A stretch of DNA of 64,000 nt from Alphaproteobacteria bacterium (GCA_965243135.1 OZ251539.1:4736001-4800000), one strand, 5' to 3'. Positions 30,795 through 41,012 are shown, counted from the stretch's first letter. Made by a program: numbers and translations. Notes: generated by a model from the letters alone, not told the origin.

Positions 30795-30967
30795 CAGCAA
30801 TTCCCGCTAAGGATCCGTGGAAAATGTGGGGTTTCAGAAAAATTTTTCGTGGACTTTTCTGGGTAGTGCGATTTGCCTGAGGGATTTGTCGCGGCGGCTT
30901 GTCCATTGGTAATTTCGCCTTCTCGGCGCACCTTCCGGACATGCGGCCGCCTTAGCGGGAATTGCTG
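30795..30967 (-). repeat. MITE copy 2 (173 bp) with perfect 18-bp TIRs
   Basis: CAGCAATTCCCGCTAAGG (30795-30812) and CCTTAGCGGGAATTGCTG (30950-30967). Confidence 0.9.
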
Positions 30968-31368
30968 GAACTGCGATACCTGCCGCAAGGCGCTGCGACA
31001 GCTGGAAGCCGAAGGGTTTCACGACCTGCGCAGCGACGGCCTGGCCGGAGGCGATTTCGCGAAATGGGCGCTCGGCCGGAGGAAGCCGCTCAATCGCCGC
31101 AGTGCCGCTTGGACGCGGCCTCGCCGACAAGACCGGGTTGGACGCCGCAAGGGCGGCAACGCTTACGTTGGCCAACCCCGCAAAGCGCCCGGCATTCGAC
31201 GCGGGCGAATTGGTCGGGTTCGGCGACGCTCAGCGGCAAGCGTTGAGCGGCGGATTTTTCGTCCGTTCGAGCTTGACGCCGGACAAGCGGGCATTCGCTC
31301 CGAGGCCTGCGGCAGGCGGTCTCTCTTGCGGGGCATTGGCCGGCGAGCGCCCCGGCCTTGGGCAGCGG

Positions 31369-32058
31369 CTATGCGAATCTCTTCCAGAGCGCGCCGGACA
31401 GCCAACCAAGCCCGCACCAGAAGATCGCCGCGGTAACCAAGGAGGCGGCGGCGAATTGCGCCGCGAGTTCCGGAGGGACGGCGCCTCCCATCCGCTCCGG
31501 CTGCGGCGCGCCGATCAGGTGCGGCGCGGCGAGCAGGGCGATGCCGAGCGCGATCCAGACGGTGCCGCCGCGAAGCGCCATCGCCCAAAGCCCGGCGGCG
31601 GTGGCCGCGGCGCAGAGAAGCCACCATCCCTGCCGCGCCGTAAGTTCCGCCGCGAGGGTTCCCGGCACCTCCGGCGGCAGGCCGAGAGCCGGAGCGAGGT
31701 TAACGGTCGCGAACCCCGCGATTCCCCAGAGAACGCCGGTGCGTCCGTCCACCGGGCGGCCGGCCAGCGCGAAGCACGCCGCGAGAAGCAGCGCGAACCC
31801 GACGCCGGCAAGGACATTGGCCAGCGTCGTATAGAGCGCCCGTTCCAAGCCGCCGGTCGGGGCACCGGCCGGCGCGTCGCCGTGCGCGAACGCCCGGCCT
31901 GCGAACCGGACGCCGGAATCAAGCGCGCTGTGTCCGCTCTTCTCGAAGGTCTCGGCGTGAAGGATGAGCGGCGTGGTCGTCAGTTCCTGAACGGCCGAGA
32001 TGCCGAGACCGCACAGCACCCCCGCGATCAGCGCGGTCGCGAAAACACTCCGGAACAT
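31369..32058 (-). CDS. cbtA: Putative cobalt transporter subunit CbtA
   Basis: TPLILHAETFE, GLERALYT, LAPALGLPPEVPG, RQGWW, PHLIGAPQP. Confidence 0.93.
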   Translation of the reverse strand: MFRSVFATALIAGVLCGLGISAVQELTTTPLILHAETFEKSGHSALDSGVRFAGRAFAHGDAPAGAPTGGLERALYTTLANVLAGVGFALLLAACFALAGRPVDGRTGVLWGIAGFATVNLAPALGLPPEVPGTLAAELTARQGWWLLCAAATAAGLWAMALRGGTVWIALGIALLAAPHLIGAPQPERMGGAVPPELAAQFAAASLVTAAIFWCGLGWLSGALWKRFA

Positions 32059-32067
32059 CGGCTCTGC

Positions 32068-32250
32068 CTAATGGCAAGGAAATGCGAAAGCGTGGCGGCT
32101 GTCATGCGCCGCGTTGTGGATCGCGTCCGAATGCGCGAAGCCCGTACCGAGCACAAGGAAAGCGCCGAGAAGGAAGGCGAGCAACGCCGGCGCGACCGCG
32201 ATGGACCTTGTCGCATCCCGTTCGATTGTCCGTGGGGTTTGTGGTGTCAT
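32068..32250 (-). CDS. cbtB: Putative cobalt transporter subunit CbtB
   Basis: Single TM segment followed by HNAAHDSRHAFAFPCH. Confidence 0.93.
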   Translation of the reverse strand: MTPQTPRTIERDATRSIAVAPALLAFLLGAFLVLGTGFAHSDAIHNAAHDSRHAFAFPCH

Positions 32251-32272
32251 GGCGAATCTCCTGCGTCCGCCG

Positions 32273-32301
32273 ATTATGCCCCGGGCGAGACGGGCATACA
32301 A
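32273..32301 (-). promoter_or_regulatory. Sigma70-like promoter of cbtBA overlapped by an inverted repeat
   Basis: Minus strand TTGTAT-N17-CATAAT; inverted repeat TATGCCC-N10-GGGCATA at 32275-32298. Confidence 0.5.
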
Positions 32302-32452
32302 GTCCGGCCTCGGAGAATGGCGGGCAACGAAGAACGCAATTCGTTCCGGGTAAGCCTTTCCGCGCCGACGGAGCGCGTTTGCCGGGAGCGCCCGCCTGCC
32401 GTTCACGGTCGTCCGCCGCCGGGGACCGTCCGCGAGACGGGCCTCCGTCCGT

Positions 32453-33202
32453 CTATTCGCAAACGGTCTTTCTCAGAACGACTTCGTAGCGTTCGATCAG
32501 CGCCGCGTACTTGCCGCCGGAGCACAGACCGGCAAGGCCGAGGTTGAACGCATCGCGCGTCGCCGCGTCCCTGAAACCGACCTTGGCCGCGGTCGAGGGC
32601 GGAAAGATCGAGTGGGGCACGACATCGTCAGTCGACCGGTTCAGCTTGCCGCTGAAATGCTCGAAGATGTTGCGGTCGATCACCGCAACCGCTCTCTTGC
32701 GCGCCCAGAAGGCGTCGACTTGGTCTTTCTGATCGACGAATTCCTCAAGGTCCGCGCGCCGCGGCCCGCCAGGCCGAAACAACGCCTCGAACTCGGGGCC
32801 GAGTTCGCGCCACGCGCCCTGCCAGGTCAGGACCGGTTTTCCGGCGAGATCGCCGACCGAGCGAATGGAGAGTCCGTCGGATTTCTTGCTGAACGTGGAA
32901 TCCATGAACGTAATGAAGTCATTCGAATAGAAGATGTCTTTCAAGCCGGGTTGCACGAACGCCGCCGCGTCGGCCTTGCCGTTCCCGATCGTCGTCTCGA
33001 CCTCCCCGTAGGGCACTTGCACGAACCGCAGCATGCGGTTCGGCAGTGCGGCGCGGAGGATCGCCACGGCCAGCCCTTCATTCGCCCGCTGCATAACGTA
33101 GGGCGGCATGTCCGTCGAAATCCCGACTGTGAGCGGTCGCTTGCCGGTCGCGGACGCCGGTCCGGCGAGCGCGCATATCAGGAGGACGATCAACGGTCGC
33201 AT
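32453..33202 (-). CDS. Orphan family-3-like periplasmic substrate-binding protein
   Basis: Signal peptide, MPPYV...GLAVAIL, C-terminal FRD...DAFN.GL..L..GGKY..LIERY. Confidence 0.75.
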   Translation of the reverse strand: MRPLIVLLICALAGPASATGKRPLTVGISTDMPPYVMQRANEGLAVAILRAALPNRMLRFVQVPYGEVETTIGNGKADAAAFVQPGLKDIFYSNDFITFMDSTFSKKSDGLSIRSVGDLAGKPVLTWQGAWRELGPEFEALFRPGGPRRADLEEFVDQKDQVDAFWARKRAVAVIDRNIFEHFSGKLNRSTDDVVPHSIFPPSTAAKVGFRDAATRDAFNLGLAGLCSGGKYAALIERYEVVLRKTVCE

Positions 33203-33459
33203 TTGAAGATCTCCCGGCTGTCGTTGGGGCGGGCGGATTGTACCGCATCGAGAGGTCCCTGAACGAATTGACGAAGATCGCTTCGGCTGACTGTTGAAGC
33301 GCGGCCGGGCGGCCGCTCGACTCAACGTCCCGCTGGGTGCCGTCTGGAGTTTCGGTCGACGATCCGGTTCGCTTCGCCCGGAATTCAGAAACGCCGCCCG
33401 TCGCTTGCGTTCGGCAGCGCGACCCGGCGCGAGCGGACGTATCGCGCCGGGTTGTCCGG

Positions 33460-33876
33460 TCATGCGGGCAACGTTGCGACTCCGCTGCGTCGCGCCGCTC
33501 GAATCAGCTCCTTGTCCAGAGTCGCCAATTCCGTTCCTCGACGCATTGCGAGATCCAGGTAGGCTGCGTCGTAAGTCGTCAGCTCCTCCGCTCGAGCGAG
33601 GGCCAGCGTTCGTTCCAGCATCCGGTGGTCCATTTCCTCATCGACAATGATCGGCAATCGTTCCACAAGACGCAGGAACGTCGCGACCTGCGCCGGGACG
33701 ATACGTTTCCTTCGTTCCGCTTGTACAAGTACGTTACCGATCTCCAGACGCCAGATTCCCGGAACCAGCCCCTTGTCCACTTCCAGCCGACGCAGCAGCG
33801 CATCGGTTTCCGGCGTCGCCTCGTCTTCGAACAGCCAACTGGCGGTGATCGAGCAATCGAGAACGAACGCATTCAT
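33460..33876 (-). CDS. vapC: VapC-family PIN toxin
   Basis: FVLDCS, WRLEIGNVL, LTTYDAAYLDLA, LATLD. Confidence 0.92.
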   Translation of the reverse strand: MNAFVLDCSITASWLFEDEATPETDALLRRLEVDKGLVPGIWRLEIGNVLVQAERRKRIVPAQVATFLRLVERLPIIVDEEMDHRMLERTLALARAEELTTYDAAYLDLAMRRGTELATLDKELIRAARRSGVATLPA

Positions 33877-34112
33877 CGCCGTCCCGCATCCCTCAGATCC
33901 TTCCAGTTCAGGCCCGACAGCGTCACTTTCTTGCGAAAGGCGAGCAACTTCCCGATCGCTTTTCCGGTTTCAATCCGTTCCGCCTCCACGGCTGGCACAA
34001 GCCGCGCCACAGGCGTATTTCGCCGGGTGATAAGCACTTCCTCTCCTTGGGCAACTTTGTCCAGAAGCGCCGACAGGTGCGTCTTCGCCTCGAATGTTCC
34101 GACCACGATCAT
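33873..34112 (-). CDS. Phd/YefM-family antitoxin
   Basis: VGTFEAKTHLSALLDKVAQGEEVLITRRNTPVARLVP; ATGA coupling to the toxin. Confidence 0.93.
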   Translation of the reverse strand: MIVVGTFEAKTHLSALLDKVAQGEEVLITRRNTPVARLVPAVEAERIETGKAIGKLLAFRKKVTLSGLNWKDLRDAGRR

Positions 34113-34130
34113 GGTTTCAGCGATCCTTTC

Positions 34131-34157
34131 AAACTAGTTTATATAGCTAGTTTATAT
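34131..34157. promoter_or_regulatory. Probable autoregulatory operator of the phd-vapC operon
   Basis: Palindrome AAACTAGTTT and direct repeat CTAGTTTATAT at 34134-34144 and 34147-34157, just upstream of the antitoxin start. Confidence 0.55.
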
Positions 34158-34294
34158 GGGTGAAACGCCTTCGGCAAGAACGGCGGTGCGGTCGTTGCGG
34201 CGTGCGCCGGTCTCGGCTACCGTTCCCACCCGCCGGAACGAAAGGCTCCGGCGGCGGATGTTTCCTGTCGGCAGACCGGGCGAATGGAGAAAAC

Positions 34295-35299
34295 ATGGGC
34301 CGCAAAATTTCGGCAACCATCGTCACGGGCTTTCTCGGCGCCGGGAAGACGACACTCATCCGCGGGCTGATCGAACGCGCCCGGGGACGAAAACTCGCGC
34401 TCGTCATCAACGAATTCGGCGATCTGGCGGTGGACGGCGACTTGCTCAGGGGCTGCGGGAATCCCCGCTGCACGGACGAGGACATCTTCGAACTCGCCAA
34501 CGGTTGCATCTGCTGCACGGTGGCGGACGATTTCCTGCCGACCGTCCGGGCCATTCTCGACCGCCCGGAGCCGCCCGACCACATCGTCATCGAAACGTCC
34601 GGCCTGGCGCTGCCGGGGCCTTTGGTTCAGGCCTTCGACTGGCCCGAGGTCCGGACGCGGGTCGCGGTCGACGGCGTGGTTGCCGTGATCGACGGCCCGG
34701 CCGTTGCGGAAGGCCGGTTCGCCGACAATCCCGAGCGGGCGCTGCGTGCGGCGGATCCAGCCATGGAGCACGAGAATCCCCTGCAGGAGCTCTACGAGGA
34801 TCAACTCGCCTGCGCCGACCTCGCGCTGCTCAACAAGGCGGATCTGATGACGGCGGATGCGCTGAAAAGCGTATCCGAACAGGTGCGGGGCAACCTCAGG
34901 GAAGGCGCGCGCATGATCCCCGCCACGAACGGGGCGATCGACGCCGAGATCCTGCTCGGCCTCGCGGCGGCGGACGGTCGCGCGGAGCCCGCGCCGCACG
35001 ACGAACACGATCACGACGAATTCGAGAGCTTCCATCTCCTCCTGCCTGAAATAGCCGCGCCCGAGGAACTCGGACGCCGCCTGCGTTCCGTCCTGGCGGA
35101 GCATGACGTTCTTCGGGTCAAGGGGTTCGCCAGCGTGGTCGGCAAGGAAATGCGGCTGGTCGTTCAGGGCGTCGGCGCCCGCGTACGGCACTACTACGAT
35201 CGTCCATGGAACGCCGGGGAGCCTCGCGAAACGCGGCTCGTGATAATCGGCATGGCGGAATTGGACAGGAACGCTATCGCCGCGACGCTCGGGAGCTGA
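34295..35299 (+). CDS. cobW: Cobalamin biosynthesis GTPase CobW
   Basis: TGFLGAGKTT, INEFG, ELANGCICCTVADDF, IETSGLA, HDEHDHDEF, LRVKG. Confidence 0.96.
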   Translation: MGRKISATIVTGFLGAGKTTLIRGLIERARGRKLALVINEFGDLAVDGDLLRGCGNPRCTDEDIFELANGCICCTVADDFLPTVRAILDRPEPPDHIVIETSGLALPGPLVQAFDWPEVRTRVAVDGVVAVIDGPAVAEGRFADNPERALRAADPAMEHENPLQELYEDQLACADLALLNKADLMTADALKSVSEQVRGNLREGARMIPATNGAIDAEILLGLAAADGRAEPAPHDEHDHDEFESFHLLLPEIAAPEELGRRLRSVLAEHDVLRVKGFASVVGKEMRLVVQGVGARVRHYYDRPWNAGEPRETRLVIIGMAELDRNAIAATLGS

Positions 35300-35300
35300 C

Positions 35301-38300
35301 ATGCATCTTCTGGCGGCGAAGCCGGGCATCGTCGCCGACGAACCCGTCGACCTCGGCCAGACGCGGGGCGATATCGCGGTGCTGTCCGCCGCCGATACGG
35401 AGCTCGCGGCGCTTGCGGCGGCGCAGGCGCGCCGGGGAGCCGGCGCTCCGTCGCTGCGCTTGGCCAACCTCCTGCAACTCCGCCACCCGATGTCGGTCGA
35501 CCTCTACATCGACGCGGTCGTGGAGCATGCGCGGCTGGTGGCAGTCCGCCTGCTGGGCGGCGTCGCATACTGGCCCTACGGGATCGAACGGGTCGCAACC
35601 GCGTGCCGCGACCGCGGCATACCTTTCGCGGCGCTGCCCGGAGACGATCAGCCGGATCCCGAACTTGCCCGTCATTCGACCGTCGGCGCCGACCGCGCCC
35701 ACCGCCTCTGGCAATATCTCGTTCACGGGGGGCCGGCGAACGCCGACAATTTTCTCGCCTATGCGGCTTATTTGCTCGGCGGCGAGGCGGACTGGGCCGA
35801 ACCGGTGCCGCTTCTGACGGCGGGGCTTTACTGGCCGGGCGTCGGAACCTCGGACCTGCCGGGCGTTCAGGCTTCGTGGACCATGGGCGCGCCCGTCGCC
35901 GCATTCGTGTTTTACTGGGCGTTGCTGCAGGCTGGCAATCTCGAGCCGGTCGACGCCATGGTCTCGGCCTTGCGGCAACGCCGGATCAATCCCCTGCCGC
36001 TCTACGTCAGGAGTCTGAAGGATTCCGTTTCCGCGGCCATCGTCGCCGAAGCGTTCGACGCCGCGCCGCCCGACGTGATTCTGAACGCGACCGGCTTCGC
36101 CGTCTCGCTTCCGGGCGGCGACAAGTCGGCAACGCCGTTCTCGGCGGCCGATTGCCCGGTGCTTCAGACCGTATTCGCCGCGACCACCGAAGCGGCCTGG
36201 CGAGACGGCGACAACGGCCTGATCGCCCGCGATATCGCCATGAACGTGGCGTTGCCGGAGGTCGACGGGCGGGTGCTCGTTCGCGCCGTCGCCTTCAAGT
36301 CGGAGGCGCGCTTCGACGACGCCACCCAGACGCCCGTGGTCGAGCATCGGGCGGCGGCGGACCGAATGGCCTTCGCCGCCGATCTTGCCGCCGCCTGGAC
36401 GCGCCTTCGGCGCTGCCCGCCGGCGAGCCGGCGCATCGCGGTGGTGCTCGCCAACTATCCCAACCGCGACGGACGAATCGGCAATGGCGTCGGCCTCGAC
36501 ACTCCGGCGGGAACGGCGGCGTTTCTGGCAGCGTTGAGTAAGGCCGGCTATGTCGTCCGGAATCCTCCGGTCGACGGCCGCGCGCTCATCGACCGTCTTC
36601 TGGCCGGCCCGACGAATGCGGGCGTTGAAGGCCGGGCGGTCGAAGAGACATTGCCGGTCGCGGACTACGAGCGGTTTTTCGTGAGGCTTCCGGAGGCCGT
36701 CCGTTCGGCGGTGACGGCGCGCTGGGGCGCTCCCGAGGACGATCCCTTTTTTATGGCGGACGAAGGCGCCTTCGCGATTCCGGCGTTTCGCTGCGGCAAC
36801 GTAGCTGTCGCCCTGCAGCCGGCCCGAGGCTACAACATCGATCCGCAGAAGAGTTATCACGATCCGGCGCTGCCGCCGCCGCACGGCTATCTTGCGTTTC
36901 ATGCCTGGGCGCGTTTCGGGTTCCGCGCCGACGCCATCGTCCAGATGGGAAAGCACGGCAATGTCGAATGGCTTCCGGGAAAGTCGCTCGCGCTGTCGGC
37001 GGAGTGCTTGCCGGAGGCGGCATTGGGTCCGACGCCTCACGTCTACCCGTTCATCGTCAACGACCCCGGCGAGGGAACGCAGGCCAAGCGCCGGACGTCC
37101 GCCGTCGTCGTCGACCATCTGACGCCGCCGCTCGCCCGCGCCGGGACGTATGGCCCGCTCGCCGAACTGGAACGTCTCGTGGACGAATACTACGAGGCCT
37201 CGGGGGTGGATCCGCGGCGCCTCGCGTTGCTGCGCGACGAGATCCTGATGGCTGCCCAGGAAAACGGCCTGGACGCCGATTGCGGAATCAGGGACGAGGA
37301 CGCGCCCGACGATGCGCTCGCAAGGATCGACAACTACCTTTGCGAGTTGAAGGAAATGCAGATCCGGGACGGATTGCACGTCTTCGGCGCGAGCCCCTCC
37401 GGCCCGCTTCGGGATTCGTTGCTAGTGGCACTGGCGCGATCGCCGCGCGGCGAAGGAGAGAGCGCGGACGCGTCGCTGATCCGTGCGTTGGCGGCGGATT
37501 TGGGTCTCGAATTCGATCCCCTCGACTGCGCGATGGGAGACCCTTGGACCGGAGCCAGACCGGAAGCTCTCGCCGGCGAAGACGTCTGGCGCACCGCCGG
37601 CGATACCGTGGAGCGTCTGGAAGCGCTGGCTCTCGATCTCGTCGCAGGCCGGAAGGAGGCGCCGCCGGGCTGGACCGCGACCCGCGCCGTGCTCGACGAG
37701 GTTACGGGCGAGCTCGCCCGTCGGGTCGACGCCTGCGGCGCGGCGGAGATCGCCGGCGCGCTGGCGGCTCTCGATGGCGGCTTCGTCGCCCCGGGTCCCT
37801 CGGGCGCGCCGACCCGCGGCAGGCCCGAAGTCCTGCCGACCGGACGCAACTTCTACTCCGTCGACACCCGAAGCGTACCGACGCCCGCCGCCTGGACTTT
37901 GGGCTGGAAGTCGGCGTCGCTGCTGATCGAGCGGCATGCGCAGGAACATGGGGAATGGCCGCTTCGCATGGCGCTTTCGGCATGGGGCACGTCGAACATG
38001 CGAACCGGCGGCGACGACATCGCGCAGGCTCTCGCGCTGATGGGCGCGAGACCGCGATGGGACCGCGGGTCAGGGCGCGTCGCCGGTTTCGAGATCATGC
38101 CGCTCGACGTGTTGGACAGGCCTCGCGTGGACGTGACGCTGCGGTTGTCGGGATTTTTTCGCGACGCGTTTCCCGATCAGATCGAGCTGTTCGATTCCGC
38201 CGCACGAGCCGTAGCGGCTCTGGACGAGCCGCCTTCGCGCAATCCTTTGGCGGCGCGCGTCGCCGAGGACGCCGCGGCGCTCATCGCCGAAGGCGTCGAT

Positions 38301-39023
38301 CCCGAGACGGCGCGCCGCCGGGCCGGGCATCGGACGTTCGGCTCGCGGCCCGGCGCCTACGGGGCCGGACTGCAGGCGCTGATCGACGAGCGCGGTTGGG
38401 AAACGGAAGCGGATCTCGCTCGCGCCTACGTCGCTTGGGGCGGCTACGCCTACGGCGGCGGCGCGGCGGGAGCCGCCGAGCACCGGCTGTTCGAGCGGCG
38501 GCTGCAACAGGTCCAGGCCGTGGTTCACAACCAGGACAACCGCGAGCACGACCTCCTCGATTCGGACGACTACTACCAATTCGAGGGCGGGCTGACGGCG
38601 GCGGTGCGGCACCTTTCGGGACGGCAGCCGGCGGTGTGGCACAACGACCATTCGCGCCCCGAATCGCCGAGAATCCGGACGCTGGAAGACGAGATCGGCC
38701 GTGTTGTCCGATCCCGCGTCGTCAACCCCAAATGGATCGCGGGAGTCATGCGCCACGGCTACAAGGGGGCGTTCGAGATGGCGGCGACGGTCGATTACCT
38801 GTTCGCCTTCGCCGCCGCCGCGCGCTGCGTGCGGGATCGCCACTTCGATCTCGTGTTTGACGCCTATCTCGGGGACGAAAATGTGCGGGGATTTCTCGAA
38901 GACTCGAATCCCGCTGCATTGCGCGAAATGGCCGAACGCCTGCTGGAAGCCTGCGAACGCGGGCTGTGGAAACCCCGCTCGAACGTCGCCTACAACCTCC
39001 TCGCCGCGCTGAGAAGCGCCTGA
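35301..39023 (+). CDS. cobN: Cobaltochelatase subunit CobN
   Basis: MHLLAAKPG, ANYPNRDGRIGNGVGLDTP, GKHGNVEWLPGK, LPTGRNFY, NPKWI..MRHGYKG. Confidence 0.97.
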   Translation: MHLLAAKPGIVADEPVDLGQTRGDIAVLSAADTELAALAAAQARRGAGAPSLRLANLLQLRHPMSVDLYIDAVVEHARLVAVRLLGGVAYWPYGIERVATACRDRGIPFAALPGDDQPDPELARHSTVGADRAHRLWQYLVHGGPANADNFLAYAAYLLGGEADWAEPVPLLTAGLYWPGVGTSDLPGVQASWTMGAPVAAFVFYWALLQAGNLEPVDAMVSALRQRRINPLPLYVRSLKDSVSAAIVAEAFDAAPPDVILNATGFAVSLPGGDKSATPFSAADCPVLQTVFAATTEAAWRDGDNGLIARDIAMNVALPEVDGRVLVRAVAFKSEARFDDATQTPVVEHRAAADRMAFAADLAAAWTRLRRCPPASRRIAVVLANYPNRDGRIGNGVGLDTPAGTAAFLAALSKAGYVVRNPPVDGRALIDRLLAGPTNAGVEGRAVEETLPVADYERFFVRLPEAVRSAVTARWGAPEDDPFFMADEGAFAIPAFRCGNVAVALQPARGYNIDPQKSYHDPALPPPHGYLAFHAWARFGFRADAIVQMGKHGNVEWLPGKSLALSAECLPEAALGPTPHVYPFIVNDPGEGTQAKRRTSAVVVDHLTPPLARAGTYGPLAELERLVDEYYEASGVDPRRLALLRDEILMAAQENGLDADCGIRDEDAPDDALARIDNYLCELKEMQIRDGLHVFGASPSGPLRDSLLVALARSPRGEGESADASLIRALAADLGLEFDPLDCAMGDPWTGARPEALAGEDVWRTAGDTVERLEALALDLVAGRKEAPPGWTATRAVLDEVTGELARRVDACGAAEIAGALAALDGGFVAPGPSGAPTRGRPEVLPTGRNFYSVDTRSVPTPAAWTLGWKSASLLIERHAQEHGEWPLRMALSAWGTSNMRTGGDDIAQALALMGARPRWDRGSGRVAGFEIMPLDVLDRPRVDVTLRLSGFFRDAFPDQIELFDSAARAVAALDEPPSRNPLAARVAEDAAALIAEGVDPETARRRAGHRTFGSRPGAYGAGLQALIDERGWETEADLARAYVAWGGYAYGGGAAGAAEHRLFERRLQQVQAVVHNQDNREHDLLDSDDYYQFEGGLTAAVRHLSGRQPAVWHNDHSRPESPRIRTLEDEIGRVVRSRVVNPKWIAGVMRHGYKGAFEMAATVDYLFAFAAAARCVRDRHFDLVFDAYLGDENVRGFLEDSNPAALREMAERLLEACERGLWKPRSNVAYNLLAALRSA

Positions 39024-39473
39024 ATATTCGAGCGGCGCGGCCCTGCGACCGGCGGGTTTCAGGCAAGGGCTGCTATGGTCTCGTCGATCGAGCGGCAGCC
39101 GAGAAGTCCGTGCGTCGCGCGCGCCAGGTTTCGGCGCCGCACAGGCGGCTGCGAAAGATCTTCTCGCGCCAGCCCTTCTTCTCGTTGCGGCGGAAGATCG
39201 CGAGACGACGGGTTCACGCCGCGCAACGGGCCGCCGCGATCCGCTCCATGTTTTCGGCGTTCCCGGATCTTGCATTCGACCGCAAACCGCCGTTCGCGGC
39301 GGTTCCGCAGCCAGAGGATCGGCAGGCCGGCTCGCCCACGGAGTCGACGGGGGACCCGTTCCGGCGTTTCGTCGCGGCGGAGCCGCACGGCTCCTCCGGC
39401 CCCGTCGCCTCGATGGCCGGAAGTCCGGGCGGCTCCGCTCCAAGGAGATCGGGCGGGCGCACCTCTCCGGGCT

Positions 39474-40505
39474 TCAACAAAAATCCTGAATGGCGAGCGC
39501 CGCGCGCCCGGTTACCGCCCCGTTTTCGATGCGGGCGTGCAGGGCTTCCGCGCCTTCCATGGCGACGACTTCGGTGACGAGCGGCCGAATCTCCCCGCGG
39601 GCGCATAGTTCCAGCGAGTCGATCACTTCCTGTCGCGTCGCGTAGCGACTGCCCATCAGCACGAGCTCCTTTTCAAGCATGGCGGCGGCGCTCGCTTCGA
39701 ACGCATGGCCTGCTCCGCCGAGCGTCACGAGTCGCCCGCCGCGTCCGAGCGCAGACATGCCAGCCTCCAGCGTTTCCCTCGACGAGACGAAATCGATCAC
39801 GACGTCGACTCCGCCCGTGTCCAGCAACGCCTCGACAACGCCGGTCTTGCGGGGATTGACGCAGCGTTCGGCGCCCGCCGCCATGCATGCGTCGAACTTC
39901 TCGCCCGCGACATCGACGGCGACGACGCGGGCATGCGCCCAATGCGCGACCATGACCATGTGAACGCCGAGCCCGCCGCCGGCGCCAAAGACCGCCACTC
40001 TCTCGCCGGGCACCACCTTCGCGCGGCGGATCACCTTGACAGGCGTCGCTACGGCGTCGGCGATTACGCCGACCTCCGCCGGACGGTCCTTCCAGTCGAG
40101 GCCCTCCGGCAGCCGAAGGAAATTCCTGGCCGGCAACCGAATCAACTCCGCGTATCCGCCGTCGCAGGCCCGGCCGACATACCCGCCGAAATTGGAGCAA
40201 AGGGTTTCCCGGCCGATGAAGCACCATTTGCAGCGGCCGCAGGTCAGGTAGAAATACGCGGTGACCGGATCGCCGACGGCAAGCTCGTCGACGCTGCTCC
40301 CGACGGCGTCGATCACCGCCGTGATTTCGTGACCGATTATGCGCGGATAGTCGACCTGCGCGCGCCTCGCCTTGACGTGCTGGATCGTGAGCCCGGCACC
40401 GCAGGAGAGGACTCTCGCAACCGCCTCGCCGGGGCCGGGAACCGGATCCGGAACTTCTTCGAGAGAGAAGGCCGCTTCCCGGTCGTGAAGGACGAGCGCC
40501 CTCAT
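39474..40505 (-). CDS. Zinc-binding alcohol dehydrogenase (MDR family)
   Basis: IIGHE, structural zinc motif CGRCKWC...C, GAGGGLG. Confidence 0.9.
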   Translation of the reverse strand: MRALVLHDREAAFSLEEVPDPVPGPGEAVARVLSCGAGLTIQHVKARRAQVDYPRIIGHEITAVIDAVGSSVDELAVGDPVTAYFYLTCGRCKWCFIGRETLCSNFGGYVGRACDGGYAELIRLPARNFLRLPEGLDWKDRPAEVGVIADAVATPVKVIRRAKVVPGERVAVFGAGGGLGVHMVMVAHWAHARVVAVDVAGEKFDACMAAGAERCVNPRKTGVVEALLDTGGVDVVIDFVSSRETLEAGMSALGRGGRLVTLGGAGHAFEASAAAMLEKELVLMGSRYATRQEVIDSLELCARGEIRPLVTEVVAMEGAEALHARIENGAVTGRAALAIQDFC

Positions 40506-41012
40506 CGGAAAAGCTCTTGCGCGCGTTCCGAATCGTCCGGCGAACGCGTTCTGGCTTTCTTCGACATATTCCGCTCCCGCCTTCCGTTGCGCGGCCCACA
40601 GAACAGAGCGCCTACCCAAGCATGACGCCCCTTGAAACCGGGGTCGACAACATCTTCTGCGTCCCGTTCCGCACGGCAACCGCCATGAAGATACCATCTC
40701 CTTGTCGGCACCGTGCCCGGAATTTTGCGCCAACCCGCGAGGAGACCGCGGTTTCGCCTCGGCCGGCTACCCCGCGGGGTCGATGGGGCGTAAAGATTGC
40801 GGACGCAAGCGCGAGGCGGAATTGGTCCGCCGTTGCATGCGTCGCGGAAAACCGGCGTTCGGGAACCATCGGCGATGCCCGGACAAAAACGAATCAAACG
40901 CGATCTTGGGCAAGACGACGCGGTCGCCGCACAATGCGTTTGAGTCGCGTTCGTCATTGGCATCTGTAAGACAAGGCTTGACAAATCTGCGGTGCCCCGC
41001 AATCCTGCATGC

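Larger units (their letters stand above)
28428..30967. mobile_element. MITE-bounded composite element (2540 bp) with 9-bp target-site duplication
   Basis: Two inverted near-identical MITEs at the ends. Flanks are GAATTGCGA (28419-28427) and GAACTGCGA (30968-30976). Confidence 0.85.
28403..31250 (+). pseudogene. ArsC/Spx/YffB-family gene, split by the composite element and eroded by small deletions
   Basis: Left flank has RBS AAGGAGG then IAV..RNC. Right flank reads NCDTCRKALRQLEAEG, FHDLRSDGL, LNRRS..W, ANP.KRP.FD..LVGF. Confidence 0.8.

Noticed and set aside
35274-37379. Long antisense and alternative-frame ORFs (e.g. 35274-37379, 12266-14203, 50585-52486, 58036-59784)
   Set aside because: Shadow ORFs expected in GC-rich DNA; they overlap well-supported genes and have Arg/Ala/Pro-rich composition without motifs.
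39024-39470. Possible gene between cobN and the alcohol dehydrogenase
   Set aside because: Only short protein-like patches in shifting frames; could not be assigned.
40965-40983. Imperfect dyad TGTAAG-N6-CTTGACA as the HigA operator
   Set aside because: Position is plausible but the match is too short and imperfect to list as a feature.
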